A stretch of 64,000 nucleotides of DNA from Candidatus Latescibacterota bacterium. Lineage in GTDB: Bacteria; Krumholzibacteriota; Krumholzibacteriia; WVZY01. The position numbers and the translations under genes were made by a program. The DNA is taken from contig CAWBQK010000013.1 of NCBI GenBank assembly GCA_963791045.1, forward strand, positions 64,001 to 128,000, in the 5' to 3' direction. A model generated the notes under the pieces. The model saw only the letters and a list, made by a program, of their open reading frames with translations. It made no database searches and was not told where the DNA came from. This document shows positions 28,100 to 41,053 of this stretch, one piece after another. Within the stretch, counting starts at the first letter, position 1. Each line of letters begins with the position of its first letter.

Positions 28100-28339
28100 A
28101 TGGACTATCAAGCAATGTTGGGTTTGTCTCTCCCGATCGGACTCGGTATCGCCGCTGTGGGTAGCGGTCTCGGTCTTGGCAAGGCCGTCGGTTCGGCAAT
28201 GGAAGCCATCGGTCGTCAGCCTGAAGCTTCGGGTAAGATCCAGGTCGCGATGATCATCGGCGCCGCGCTCATCGAAGCGCTCACCATTTACGCGCTGGTA
28301 ACCGTCTTCTTGCTTCAGGGCAAGATTGGAACCCACTAG
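28100..28339 (+). CDS. atpE: F0 subunit c
   Basis: [20 protein letters not shown]. Strong RBS AGGAGG. Confidence 0.98.
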   Translation: MDYQAMLGLSLPIGLGIAAVGSGLGLGKAVGSAMEAIGRQPEASGKIQVAMIIGAALIEALTIYALVTVFLLQGKIGTH

Positions 28340-28428
28340 TAAATCAGTCGCCACAGTCATCCGATTGACCGCAGGCCGAGGGCGGCACGCGTTCGCCTTG
28401 GCCCGGTTGAATCGATAAGGAGCTTATT

Positions 28429-28914
28429 ATGCAGATCGAGTGGGGACAGATCGTCACCCATATTGTCGGCTTCCTTATCGCTGTGTGGTTGGTGAGACGA
28501 TACGCCTGGGACAAACTCATGGCGTTTATCGAGCACAGGCGTGAGACCATCGCGAATTCGTTCTCCGAAATCGAACAGGGTCGGGAGGACGTTGCCGCGC
28601 AGAAGCAGCACTACGAGCAGGAACTCGAAAACATCGAGGCCACCCGCCGCGTCAAGATTCAGGAAGCGGCCCGCGAAGCGGAAACATTCGCCGGCGAGAT
28701 CCGTGAAGAGGCCCGCAAAGAAGCCGTAGGAATGCGGCAGAAGGCCAAGCAGGATATCGTGGTTGAGATCGACAGGGCCAACGTGTTGTTCAAGGAAAAC
28801 ATGGTCGAGGCGGTTTTTTACGCCACCGAAAAGATCATTAAGGACAAGCTCGACAAGGATAAGCACACCGCGCTCATCAACGATTTCCTCGACGAGGTAA
28901 AGGTGGATCAATAG
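28429..28914 (+). CDS. atpF: F0 subunit b
   Basis: N-terminal TM plus charged coiled coil. Operon position. Confidence 0.93.
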   Translation: MQIEWGQIVTHIVGFLIAVWLVRRYAWDKLMAFIEHRRETIANSFSEIEQGREDVAAQKQHYEQELENIEATRRVKIQEAAREAETFAGEIREEARKEAVGMRQKAKQDIVVEIDRANVLFKENMVEAVFYATEKIIKDKLDKDKHTALINDFLDEVKVDQ

Positions 28915-28970
28915 CGCGAACCGCCCCGGGGCGGACCGCCAGGAATCCAGACAAGGAAGAGGTTTCCGCA

Positions 28971-29564
28971 GTGATAATCAGCGGGATAGCACAACGATAC
29001 GCAAAAGCGTTACTCCAGGCCGCCTTGAAACAAGACGTGGTCAAGGAAGTGTACGAGGACACGCAGGGTTTTCTCTCACTATTGAGCGAAGAGCCCGCGT
29101 TCCGGAACTTTCTGCTGGCGCCGCAGGTGTCGACCGAGAAGAAGCAGGATGTCATCAAGAAGGCCATTGGCCCGCACGCTTCCCGCCTGGTAGTGGAAAT
29201 CATCGATCTTCTCATCGAGAAGAAGCGGCTGATGTTTGTCGAGGAGATCGCCGAGGCTTATAAGGTTCTCTACGAAAAACACATGGGAATCGTGGAGATT
29301 CAAGCGGTTACCGCAATACCACTGGATGATGCGCTCGAGACAAAGCTACGCACGAAACTCGAGAGCGAAACGCAAAAGACCATTCGGATCAAGACGGTGG
29401 TCGATCCGTCGATTATCGGCGGCGTAGTTTTGCGAATGGAAGACAAGGTTATCGACGGAAGTATCCGCCACAAAATCGATATGCTCAAACGGCATGTCGG
29501 GGAAACAAGAGTCGAATCTCTCTCCGGTGCCGGTGGCACGCCTCCCGCTGAAAACGATGAATGA
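28971..29564 (+). CDS. atpH: F1 subunit delta
   Basis: IAQRYAKAL, VDPSIIGG..VIDGS. Confidence 0.95.
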   Translation: MIISGIAQRYAKALLQAALKQDVVKEVYEDTQGFLSLLSEEPAFRNFLLAPQVSTEKKQDVIKKAIGPHASRLVVEIIDLLIEKKRLMFVEEIAEAYKVLYEKHMGIVEIQAVTAIPLDDALETKLRTKLESETQKTIRIKTVVDPSIIGGVVLRMEDKVIDGSIRHKIDMLKRHVGETRVESLSGAGGTPPAENDE

Positions 29565-29630
29565 TATTTAATATGAAAGACGCACACGCGACACGCACGA
29601 GTTGAAAACGTCCGAACAGGAGAAATCAAG

Positions 29631-31157
29631 ATGGCTTTTAGACCGGAAGAAGTGAGCTCCATCATTCAAAAAGAAATCGAGGGATACGAAGCCAGCCTCG
29701 ATACCGAATCCGTAGGGACGATCCTCCAAATCGGGGACGGAATCGCGCGAATCTGGGGACTCAGAGACGCGATGGCCGGCGAACTCCTCGAATTTCCCGG
29801 CGGAATCATGGGGATGGTTCTCAACCTCGAGCCGGACAACGTCGGCGCCGTGCTTTTCGGACCGGAATCGAACATCAAGGAAGGCGACACGGTCAAGCGG
29901 ACCGGCAAAGTGGCGCAGATCCCAGTCGGCGACGCGCTTCTCGGGCGTGTGGTGGACTCGCTGGGCCAGCCCATCGACGGCAAGGGCCCGATCGTGACCG
30001 AAGAGTCGCGGTTGATCGAGAGCATCGCGCCCAACGTCGTGCAGCGGCAGCCGGTCAAGGAGCCTCTCCATACTGGACTCAAGGCCATCGACTCGATGAT
30101 TCCGATTGGACGGGGTCAGCGAGAACTCATCATCGGTGACCGCCAGACCGGTAAGACGGCGATCGCAATCGATACGATCATCAATCAGAAGAATTCCGGC
30201 GTCATATGCGTCTACGTCGTCATCGGCCAGAAAGAATCGACTGTCGCGCAGGTCGTAAAGACACTGGAAGACCATGGCGCCATGGAATACACCGTCATTG
30301 TAGCCGCCACGGCGAGCGACCCCGCGCCATTGCAGTTCCTTGCCCCCTATGCGGGCTGCGCGCTGGGCGAATACTACCGAGACAAAGGCGGCCACGCCGT
30401 CTGCTTCTACGACGATCTTTCCAAGCACGCGCAGGCATACAGACAGGTCTCGCTTCTGCTCCGGCGGCCGCCGGGACGCGAAGCGTTCCCCGGCGATGTG
30501 TTCTATCTCCATTCGAGACTTCTCGAGCGCGCCGCCAAGCTGAACGACGAATTGGGCGCCGGGTCACTCACCGCGCTTCCGATCATCGAAACCCAGCTCG
30601 GTGACGTCACGGCGTACATTCCGACAAACGTCATCTCGATTACCGACGGACAGATCTTTCTTCAGAACGATCTCTTTTACTCGGGCGTTCGTCCGGCAAT
30701 CAACGTGGGTATTTCGGTCTCGCGAGTCGGCAGTAACGCGCAAACCAAGATGATGAAGCAGGTAGCCGGCGGGCTCCGCATGGACCTTGCCCAGTACAGA
30801 GAGCTCGCCAGCTTCGCCAGGTTCGGTTCGGATCTCGACAAAAACACCGTCGCACAATTAACGCGTGGCGAAAAGATGGTCGAAATCCTCAAGCAGGATC
30901 AGTACGTGCCGATGCCCGTGGAAAAACAGGTCATGATCATTTTCCTGGCCAACCGCGGCTATCTGGACGACATCCCGACCGAAGAACTGAAACGCTTTGA
31001 AAGTGAGTACACGACGTTCGTCGAGGCCGAGTACCCGGACCTCGTGCGCACGCTTGCCAAGGAACTCAAGATCAGCGACGCGGCCGAACAGCAGATGATC
31101 CAGGCGGCCGAAAAGTTCAAATCAGGTTTTATGCAGGCGATCCAGAAGACCGACTAA
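29631..31157 (+). CDS. atpA: F1 subunit alpha
   Basis: [40 protein letters not shown]. Confidence 0.99.
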   Translation: MAFRPEEVSSIIQKEIEGYEASLDTESVGTILQIGDGIARIWGLRDAMAGELLEFPGGIMGMVLNLEPDNVGAVLFGPESNIKEGDTVKRTGKVAQIPVGDALLGRVVDSLGQPIDGKGPIVTEESRLIESIAPNVVQRQPVKEPLHTGLKAIDSMIPIGRGQRELIIGDRQTGKTAIAIDTIINQKNSGVICVYVVIGQKESTVAQVVKTLEDHGAMEYTVIVAATASDPAPLQFLAPYAGCALGEYYRDKGGHAVCFYDDLSKHAQAYRQVSLLLRRPPGREAFPGDVFYLHSRLLERAAKLNDELGAGSLTALPIIETQLGDVTAYIPTNVISITDGQIFLQNDLFYSGVRPAINVGISVSRVGSNAQTKMMKQVAGGLRMDLAQYRELASFARFGSDLDKNTVAQLTRGEKMVEILKQDQYVPMPVEKQVMIIFLANRGYLDDIPTEELKRFESEYTTFVEAEYPDLVRTLAKELKISDAAEQQMIQAAEKFKSGFMQAIQKTD

Positions 31158-31175
31158 ACGAGACGGACGACTAAA

Positions 31176-32114
31176 GTGCCTTCAATTCTCGACATAAAAG
31201 ATCGAATCAACGCGATCGAAAACATCAGGAAGCTCACGCGGGCGATGCAGCTCGTCGCCGCGTCCAAATTCAAACGCGCCGAGAACAGAACCAAAACGAT
31301 GCGGCCGTACAGCGAAGAACTCGACGGGATCCTCGGGATTCTCGCCGGGCAAACGCAAGACGCGGATGATGGCGGTTCGTCGGAGACGACGTTTGAATTG
31401 TCGTTTGGAGAGGATGAACCCTCCATCGAGGTCGCCGTGGACGATTTCTTCGAAAAACCGGACGAACCGGAACCGAAGCGCCCCGGCCTGATTATAGTGA
31501 CTTCGGACCGCGGACTCTGCGGCGCGTTCAATACGCGGTTGATCCGAGCGGCCCTCGAATTCGTCAAGACCCACCCGGAAATGGATGTCCAGTACATACC
31601 CATCGGGCGAAAAGGAAACGCTTACTTCAAAGCGAGACGGATACCGGTGCTTTTCTCCGAGGAAGGATTGAGCGACAAACTCGACCTCAAAGAGATTAAG
31701 AATCTGACGACCAGGCTCGTTCAACTTTACGTTTCGGGCGAAGTCGACGCTCTGTATCTCGTGTTTGCCGAGTTCAAATCGGCGATGGTTTCGAAGATCC
31801 GGGTGGACAAGTTTCTCAGTATTCCCAGAGTCGAAACCGACGACGAGAAGCAGCAGGATGATTACATTCTGGAGCCCGACCGCGACGCGACATATGAGAC
31901 CCTTCTCCCTCTTTATGCATCGACAAAGATATTTGCGACGCTCGCCGACTCATTTGCATCAGAGTTCGGCGCGAGGATGTCGGCAATGCAGCTGGCGACC
32001 AAGAACGCGGAAGAGCTGCTGGACTCGCTCGTCATTCTCCGCAACCGGATGCGGCAAACAACAATTACGACTCAGCTCACCGAAATCGTCGGTGGCGCTG
32101 AAGCGCTCAAGTAA
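31176..32114 (+). CDS. atpG: F1 subunit gamma
   Basis: TRAMQLVAASK, SDRGLCGAFN, SEFGARM.AM..AT.NA, ITTQLTEIVGGA. Confidence 0.97.
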   Translation: MPSILDIKDRINAIENIRKLTRAMQLVAASKFKRAENRTKTMRPYSEELDGILGILAGQTQDADDGGSSETTFELSFGEDEPSIEVAVDDFFEKPDEPEPKRPGLIIVTSDRGLCGAFNTRLIRAALEFVKTHPEMDVQYIPIGRKGNAYFKARRIPVLFSEEGLSDKLDLKEIKNLTTRLVQLYVSGEVDALYLVFAEFKSAMVSKIRVDKFLSIPRVETDDEKQQDDYILEPDRDATYETLLPLYASTKIFATLADSFASEFGARMSAMQLATKNAEELLDSLVILRNRMRQTTITTQLTEIVGGAEALK

Positions 32115-32124
32115 AGAGATTTGA

Positions 32125-33609
<1,485 letters not shown>

Positions 33610-33625
33610 GAAGGTGTGCCCCGCT

Positions 33626-33910
33626 GTGGACCCGACATTCAGTTTCAAAATCCTGAGCCCCAAGGCTCAAATTCTCGACGAAGAGGTCGTTTCGATAGTC
33701 GCCCCGGGCGCGGCCGGTTATCTCGGTGTCCTCGCCAATCATGCTCCATTGATCACCACAATGACCGATGGCGAGTTAAAGGTCCGTTTTGCCGGTGGCA
33801 ACGAGAAACGGTTTCATATAACGGGTGGGATTTTGCGCGTGTCACACAACACCGCTGTTTTGCTGACCGAATCGATCGATGAGGTTGGAGGGTCAGGGGC
33901 TACAGGCTAG
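33626..33910 (+). CDS. atpC: F1 subunit epsilon (short, 94 aa)
   Basis: [29 protein letters not shown] start, last gene of operon. Confidence 0.92.
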   Translation: MDPTFSFKILSPKAQILDEEVVSIVAPGAAGYLGVLANHAPLITTMTDGELKVRFAGGNEKRFHITGGILRVSHNTAVLLTESIDEVGGSGATG

Positions 33911-35644
33911 ACGTCCGCCACTTCGACTTTCTCGGATTTGTTTTCTTTGAATTCTCCGCCCCCAGAAGCTTCGTCAAGAAATACCTGCTCGGTCTCCAGA
34001 GGCAACGCCACGGTAAAGGTGCTCCCGTGGCCGTATTTGCTTTCTACCCAAAGACGACCCTTGTGAAGCTCCACGATATGCTTGGCGAGAGCCAGACCTA
34101 TCCCAAGCCCGCCCCATCGACGGGATCGAAGACCCATCCACCTGCCTGAAAGTCTCGAAGATGTGGGGGATGTCTTCTTCGGGAATACCCATACCCGTAT
34201 CCGTCACCTGTATCCTGATTTCCTTCCCCGTGAAAACTGTGTCGACACGAACGGCGCCGTCGCGACCGGTGAACTTGATCGCGTTCTGGATGAGACACGA
34301 AATCACCTGGACGATCTGGTTGTTGTCGAGATATGTCACTGGGACTTTTGTGTCGGGCGTGAAAGTCATTTCGATGTTCTTGGCGGCGGATCGTTTCTCC
34401 ATTTTTGGCCACACCGAGTTGATCACGTCGTGGATGTGCGACAGGGACATGCTTAGCAGCTGACCCGACACCTCGAGCTTGGAAAGATCGAGGAGGTTGT
34501 TGATCAACTGGAGCAGACTCGCCCCATTCTCGACGATGACATCGAGAAACTGCTGTTTACTATCTTCGGGGAGTTTTGGATCCTTGAGGGACTCCGAATA
34601 CGCGATGATGATGCTCAGCGGCGTTCGCAGTTCGTGACTTATGTTCGCCAGGAACTCGGTTTTCATTTTGTCGACGTCCGTGAGCTTTTTGTTGATCTCC
34701 TGAAGGTTCTTGTTCTGACAGATGATCTGCTGTTCGAGCATTCGTCTCTGTGACACATTGTGAACGATCATCTGGACGAAAAGCCCGTCCTTCAGCCGGA
34801 TAAGATTGGCGTTGATATCGACAAATACGAGGTTGCCGTCGTGGTCGACCATCTTGCGGTCGACAAAGGTCATCGATCCCTGGCTGAGCAGATTGATAAA
34901 GTCGCGCCGGACCTGGTACTTGCTCCTCCTCGGAAAACAACTCGAAGTACGACTGGTTGATGAGCTGGTCGCGCGTGTATCCCAGAACGCTTTCGCACTT
35001 CCTGTTGACTTCCGAGAGTCTCGCCGAACCCTTGTCGACGAGCATGATGAGATCGTTCGCGTTTTCGAGGAGTGTCTTGTAGCGCCGGCTGAGAACCTCG
35101 GCTTCGAGACGAAGCTGCGTATGGGCGATCGCCCGGCTGGCGAACTGCGCGCAGTGTTCGATGAACCTCAACATCGGTTTTCGAGAAAGCGTTTACCGTG
35201 TAACTGCCGATGTTGAGCGTCCCGATAAGCTTCCCCGCGCGAGACCAATGGAACAACCATGTCCGCGCTGAGGGGTTCCTCGCTGATAACTTCTTTGAAA
35301 CGATCGCATGTCTGCGATGTTCGGGCGATGGACGGACTCCTGATGGATAACAACCCACCCAAGAACCGAGCCCTCGTCGACGGGAATCAAACGCCCCTCG
35401 CCGAACTTCTCGGCGGCGCTGTCCCCTTTGTGAATGCCCTGTGGACCAGCGTTTTTTTGTCGGGATTGAGAATCGCCACACTGGATACGTCGAAATCAAC
35501 GAGACGTGACACTTCCTTGGTGATGGCGGCGAGGATGCTTTCAAGACCCGTGGCGGCGAGCATCGCGTTGGCGATTTCGACGAACGCCAGGACGTGCTCC
35601 GTCTTGGACATGCCGTTGTCTTTTTGAATCGTGTCGTTGCTCAT
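33907..35644 (-). pseudogene. GAF-PAS sensor histidine kinase, broken by about 6 frameshifts (real or assembly error)
   Basis: Consecutive fragments in different frames: GAF (LESILAAITKEV..; VVPLVSRG/KLIGTLNIGS), PAS (YKTLLENANDLI..VN..LGYTRDQL), HisKA (FLANISHELRTPL), HATPase (NAIKFT, DTGMGI, GGLGIGL). Confidence 0.85.
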
Positions 35645-35975
35645 GTGTCGAAGTTGCACGTATTTTGCCCGACAACGCGCGATATTGCATTCGAGAAGAA
35701 AAGAAACCAGCCCGTAACTTGTTTATATTCGGTGCATTACGGAATACATTACCCCGGCATTGCAGGAAATGTTCCATCCCCGGGCGAAGCAGCCAATTCG
35801 CTTTGCAGAAACCAGGATCAGGCCGCGACGCGCTCTTCCCCGGAACAAGCGCGCCGTCGACGTTGTTAAAGTTTTTGATTGGAAGTGTAAACTACGTTAG
35901 AATAGCCACTTGTCAGACGCCCCAAACCCAGCAGTGGCGGTCGAGGGCGAGGCCCCAAACCACGAATGAGTTTCG

Positions 35976-38123
35976 ATGGCCAAAAAAGCCAAGAAGAAAA
36001 CAGCGCAAACGGACGCGGTCCGAAAAGCGACCACGCGCGAAGTTGATTTCGACAGACTGATGTCACGCTCCTCGATAGGAAAAAGCGAGATCAAGTACGT
36101 CGCCGCCGTGTTCGTGATCGCGCTCGCCGTGCGTCTTGTCTATTTCTTTTTGAACAAGGCAAACAACCCGCTCTTTTATCACCCGATACTCGATGCGTTG
36201 TTTCACCACGAGTGGGCGGGGGAAATACTCGCCGGCAATTTCTGGGGAGACGAGGTTTTTTTCCGGGCACCCTTCTACCCCTATGCGCTTGCCTTCTTCT
36301 ATAAGCTAAGCGGCTCCAGCATCGCCTTCGCCACTTTTGTTCAACACATTACAGGATCGTTCAGCGCCGCACTCCTCTACGCGCTCTCGCGCCAGTACTT
36401 CTCCGTCCGGGTGTCACTGCTCGCCGCGGTTCTGGCGGCGCTGTATTGGCCTCTGATTTATTTCGAAGGCGATCTATTGATCGTCACCTTTGTTGTCTTC
36501 TTTGACATCTCATTACTGCTCTGCCTTGCCGTCGCGATCCGCAAACAATCGACGCCTTTGTATGTCGCCGCGGGGTTGATTCTCGGGCTATCCGCCATCG
36601 CGCGGCCAAGCATTTTGATCTTCGTGCCGGTCATCCCCATTGTTTTTCATGTGTCCTCGATGATTCAACAGCGCGGTCAATCACGCACATGGCAGAAACA
36701 AACGGTTCTGCTCCTGTCCGGCGCTATGGTCATTATTCTTCCGGTCATCATCCGAAACTATGTCGTCGGACGTGATTTTGTGCCCATCGCGTCACAGGGC
36801 GGGGTCAACTTTTATATCGGCAACAACCCACAATCGAATGGGAGTCTCGCGATGGTGCCCGGCGCGCGGGCCGATATGTACGGCACCTATCACGGCGCCA
36901 TCGAGCTTGCCGAGCGGGACAGGGGCCGTCGTCTCAAACCCTCGGAAGTCTCCAGTTACTACACGGGGAAAGCGCTCGGTTTTTTCGCGGAAGCGCCGGG
37001 CGACGCTATGGCCCTTACATCCAAGAAGCTGTATATGTTCTGGGCCGGAGTTGAAAGATCTAACAACAAGTATATCCAGTTCTTCTGGGAACGATACGGT
37101 CTCGGGAAGATACCCCTTCCCGGCTTCTGGCTGATCGGACCCTTTGCGCTCCTCGGAGGCGTTCTGCTATTTCGGAGACGGCGCGAAATGTCGCTCCTCT
37201 ATCTTTTTGTGTTGAGCTATATGGTTGGCGTCGTGGCGTTCTTTGTAAACGCGAGATTCCGGCTCCCCGTCACTCCCGTTCTTATCTTGTTCGCATCCTT
37301 CGCCATTTTTTATCTGGTGGAGTGCGTCCGCGCAAGGAGCGAGAGCTTCCTTCGAGCGCTGCTTGTTCTCGCGGTGTGTGTTTTTATTGTCGACTATGAT
37401 TACATCGCGTTTCGCGGTGTTAGGGCCATCGATGAGGCAATTTCGCATTACGAACTGGCCAACGCTTTCCTCAAGATGGATAACAAGGACGGGGCGCTGC
37501 ATCATTTCGAGCAGGCCAGGGAGATACAGGAGAAATATCCGACGCGTGCGTATCTTCAAATCTCAGGAACCGTCGATTTCAATCTTGGCTCGATCTATTT
37601 TGAAAACGGACTCTATTCTCGGGCCGTTCAGGCGTTGGAACGTGTCCCCGACACCGACCCGCGTGTCTATCAGGCAAAGACCCTCCTTGCCGACTGTTAT
37701 GTCAAAGGTGGCCGCTATGCCGACGCGATAGACGTATACGTCCGCATCCTCCAGGCGGACCCGAACCATGCGCGAAGCCTCTTTGGTCTCGGCATCGCCT
37801 ACCGGATGACCGGCGATCTCGACCGCTCGCAGCAGGCCCTGGAAGAGGTACTGCGAAAGCACAAACCACCCGACGGTAGTGTAAACCTCGAACTCGCTCG
37901 AACGCTCCAGGCCCGCGGCGACACCGAGGGAGCCATCCGCAACTACCAGATTGCGTCGGCCAGCAATCTTCAACGGCGCGACGCCTACCTCGAACTCGCC
38001 CGGCTCCACAAGACACAGGGAGACAGGGAGAAAGCGATCGAATACTACGAAAGGCTTCGTACGGCGTATCCGAACGACAGATCCATCCAGATGGAAATCA
38101 ACGCGCTCCGTTCGAACAATTAG
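35976..38123 (+). CDS. GT-C (GT39/ArnT-like) glycosyltransferase with C-terminal TPR array
   Basis: PILDALFH, FFRAPFYPY, ARP, RNY, GGVNFYIGNNP, ARFRLP. About 7 TPRs. Confidence 0.85.
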   Translation: MAKKAKKKTAQTDAVRKATTREVDFDRLMSRSSIGKSEIKYVAAVFVIALAVRLVYFFLNKANNPLFYHPILDALFHHEWAGEILAGNFWGDEVFFRAPFYPYALAFFYKLSGSSIAFATFVQHITGSFSAALLYALSRQYFSVRVSLLAAVLAALYWPLIYFEGDLLIVTFVVFFDISLLLCLAVAIRKQSTPLYVAAGLILGLSAIARPSILIFVPVIPIVFHVSSMIQQRGQSRTWQKQTVLLLSGAMVIILPVIIRNYVVGRDFVPIASQGGVNFYIGNNPQSNGSLAMVPGARADMYGTYHGAIELAERDRGRRLKPSEVSSYYTGKALGFFAEAPGDAMALTSKKLYMFWAGVERSNNKYIQFFWERYGLGKIPLPGFWLIGPFALLGGVLLFRRRREMSLLYLFVLSYMVGVVAFFVNARFRLPVTPVLILFASFAIFYLVECVRARSESFLRALLVLAVCVFIVDYDYIAFRGVRAIDEAISHYELANAFLKMDNKDGALHHFEQAREIQEKYPTRAYLQISGTVDFNLGSIYFENGLYSRAVQALERVPDTDPRVYQAKTLLADCYVKGGRYADAIDVYVRILQADPNHARSLFGLGIAYRMTGDLDRSQQALEEVLRKHKPPDGSVNLELARTLQARGDTEGAIRNYQIASASNLQRRDAYLELARLHKTQGDREKAIEYYERLRTAYPNDRSIQMEINALRSNN

Positions 38124-38131
38124 CAAAAGAC

Positions 38132-40271
38132 ATGGCGAAACACTCCAAAAAGAAGCCCGTAAAAGTACCCGACCAGGCCCCATTGACCGCGCATTTCGCC
38201 GCAACCGAAACGTGGAACAAATTGGACTGGCGGAACGCGGCCATTGTTCTTGCGGTTGCCGTCGCCATACGCCTCGTTTTTTTCTTTCTCAACAGGCATA
38301 ACAACCCGCTCTTCTACTACCCCATCATGGACGGCAAGTACCATCTCGAGTGGGCACAGGAGATTCTTTCCGGCAACTTCTGGGGCAACGGCGTATTCTT
38401 CCGGGCACCGCTGTACCCTTACTTTCTCGCGTTTCTCTACAAGATCGGCGGGACACATATTGGCTTCGTCATTTTTTGCCAGCATTTGATCGGCGCCGCA
38501 AGTGCGGGGCTTGTTTATCTCGTAGCCCGCTTGTTCTTCCGCCCCGGAATTGCGCTACTCGCCGGGCTGTTCGCCGCGCTTTACTGGCCGTTTCTGTATT
38601 TTGAAGCCGACCTGCTCATAGTGACGTTGATCGTATTCTTCGACCTTCTCAGTCTGTATTTTCTTATTCTCGCGCTTAAGACGTCGCGAGCCGGTTATTT
38701 TATCGCCGCCGGGCTCATCCTCGGATTGTCGGCGGTCGCGCGCCCAAATATTCTCGTGTTGATCCCCGCTTTGCCGTTTGTGTTCTGGTTGTGGCCGGAC
38801 GGTCGAAACAAAGACACGGCCACACGCCGGAAAGTATGCTTCCGCCAAACCGTTTTTGTTTGTGCCGCCGCGGCGCTGATGATCTTGCCGGTGCTCGTCA
38901 GGAACTGGGTCGTCGGCCGCGACATTGTTCCGATCGCGTCGCAGGGCGGTGTGAACTTCTATATTGGCAACAACCCCGACGCCGATGGGCGCACGGCGAT
39001 AGTCCCGGGCACAAGATGGGACTGGTGGGGTGGCTACGAAGATGCGATCCGGATGGCGGAAAAAGAAGCGGGCCGCAAACTCAAACCGTCCGAGGTATCC
39101 AATCACTACTTTCGAAAAGGCGCCGGGTTCGTATTTACACAGCCGGATCGTTCCATCCCGCTCCTCGGCAAAAAGCTGCACCTGTTCTGGGCCGCGGGGG
39201 AACGATCGAACAACAAATATATCTATTTCTTCTGGCACCAGGGGGGAATGGGAAAGGTCCCGCTGCCCGGGTTCTGGCTCATCGCACCCCTGGGACTCCT
39301 CGGAGGGGTTCTCTTGTGGCCGCGCCGTCGTGAACTCTCTCTCTTCTACCTGTTCACCGTGACTTACATGGCTGGGGTGATCGCGTTCTTTGTCAACGCG
39401 AGGTTCAGACTGCCTATAGTTCCCATACTCATCATGTTTGCCGCCTATGCGTGTTTCCATCTGTGGCATGTCGCCCGCCACAGAAGATCCGAACTCTGGA
39501 AACCGCTGGTTGTTTTTGCGTTGTGCGTTTTCGCCATCGATTTTGACCTCGTCGGTTTCGGTGAAAACAAAATCAATGAGGACGCACTCTCGCACTACAC
39601 TCTTGGAAACGCCTATCTCAACCGCGGTGACACCAAGAACGCCATCGCCGAATATGAAGAAGCGCTCGACCGATATAAGCAATACGGAAGAAAAGGTTTT
39701 CTCGTTGTCGCTCGCAATGTCGAGTACAACCTGGGGCGACTGTACTGGTCGGACAAGCGCTGTGAAGAGGCAATACCGCACCTCGAACGAGTGGGAGGAA
39801 ACGACCAGTTCGCCGTCGTTGCGCTCGAGATGCTCGCCGATTGTTACGAAAGCGAAAAACGTTACAACAATGCAATCGACGCCTATGAATTGATCCTGAG
39901 AGCCGTACCCAACAACGACAAGGCTCGTTTCGGTCTGGCGAGAACTCACCGTTTGATGGGAAATCTGGAAGAGGCGGAAACGCTATTCCGATCGATCGTG
40001 TCCGACGGAACGGGGCAAAATGCGGAAGCCTACATGGAACTGGCCGCAACACTCGAAGCTCTTGAGAAATGGGATGAAGCGGCGGCCGCCTATGAAAACG
40101 CCGCGAGAAGCCCGGCATATCGCGTCCGCGCCCTTATAGGCGCGGCGAGGATGTACGCTCGAGGGGGGAGACGGGGAAAAGGCCTCCGGCTGTCTCGACC
40201 GCGCAAAGAGTTTCGCCCCCGACGATCCTGCCGTTGACAAGGCAATCGACGCGCTCCGCGCGGACGGCTGA
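38132..40271 (+). CDS. Tandem paralogue GT-C glycosyltransferase with TPR array, apparent frameshift in G-run near 40165
   Basis: Same motifs as the upstream gene (PIMDGKYH, GGVNFYIGNNP, ARFRLP). Shifted frame gives TPR-like end GEKASGCLDRAKSFAPDDPAVDKAIDALRADG* at 40271. Confidence 0.82.
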
Positions 40272-40276
40272 GATCC

Positions 40277-41002
40277 CTATCCAAAAATCCCAGAGCCACC
40301 GGACTCGAATTTTTTCCACGGAAATATTTTTGGCGGTGGCGCCGCGAGGTGAACCATCTGTTCTTGTGTGGGGTGTTTGACGGCGAGACTTCCCGCGTGC
40401 AGAGCGATCGTCCTGTCGGAAAGCGGCTCCGACGCTCCATATTTCATGTCGCCGACGACGGGATAGCCCATGTCGGCGAGTTGGAGCCGGAGTTGATGAT
40501 GGCGGCCGGTGCGCGGGCGAAGTTCGAGTAGTGTAAGGCCGGGCTTGCGACCAAGCACGCGAAACGACATGACCGCCTCCTTCGCCCCTTCGCTCTCCGC
40601 GGTCGCAATTCTCGAAGATTTTCGAACACGCTCGATGTAAGCGACGAGTTCGCCCGAATCGTCGGCGACGCGACCGACAACGACGGCGAAATACACTTTC
40701 TCGACCTGCCGCAATCTGAATTCGTTGGTCAATCGCGACGCTGCTTTGGAGGTCCTCGCAAACAGGACGACACCGGAGACGGGGCGGTCGAGACGATGCA
40801 CAAGGCCGAGAAAGACTTTGCCCGGCTTGTCGTATTTTTCTTTTATGTATGCCTTTGTGATATCGAGAAGAGTCTCGTCGCCAGTGTCATCCCCCTGGAC
40901 GAGGACGCCGCCCGGCTTGAGGACACCGATTAGATGGTTGTCTTCGTAGAGAATCCTGATCGGACCGTGCCTGTCGTGTCCATCGTGATTTTCAGCCGGC
41001 AT
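40277..41002 (-). CDS. RluA-family RNA pseudouridine synthase
   Basis: ILYEDNH, KPGG, VHRLDRPVSG, TGRHHQLR, PVVGDMKYG, LHA. Confidence 0.95.
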   Translation of the reverse strand: MPAENHDGHDRHGPIRILYEDNHLIGVLKPGGVLVQGDDTGDETLLDITKAYIKEKYDKPGKVFLGLVHRLDRPVSGVVLFARTSKAASRLTNEFRLRQVEKVYFAVVVGRVADDSGELVAYIERVRKSSRIATAESEGAKEAVMSFRVLGRKPGLTLLELRPRTGRHHQLRLQLADMGYPVVGDMKYGASEPLSDRTIALHAGSLAVKHPTQEQMVHLAAPPPKIFPWKKFESGGSGIFG

Positions 41003-41053
41003 TTCGTTTCATCCCTTCTCTTCTACTCAGGCACGGCTGCGCATGGTGCGCCA

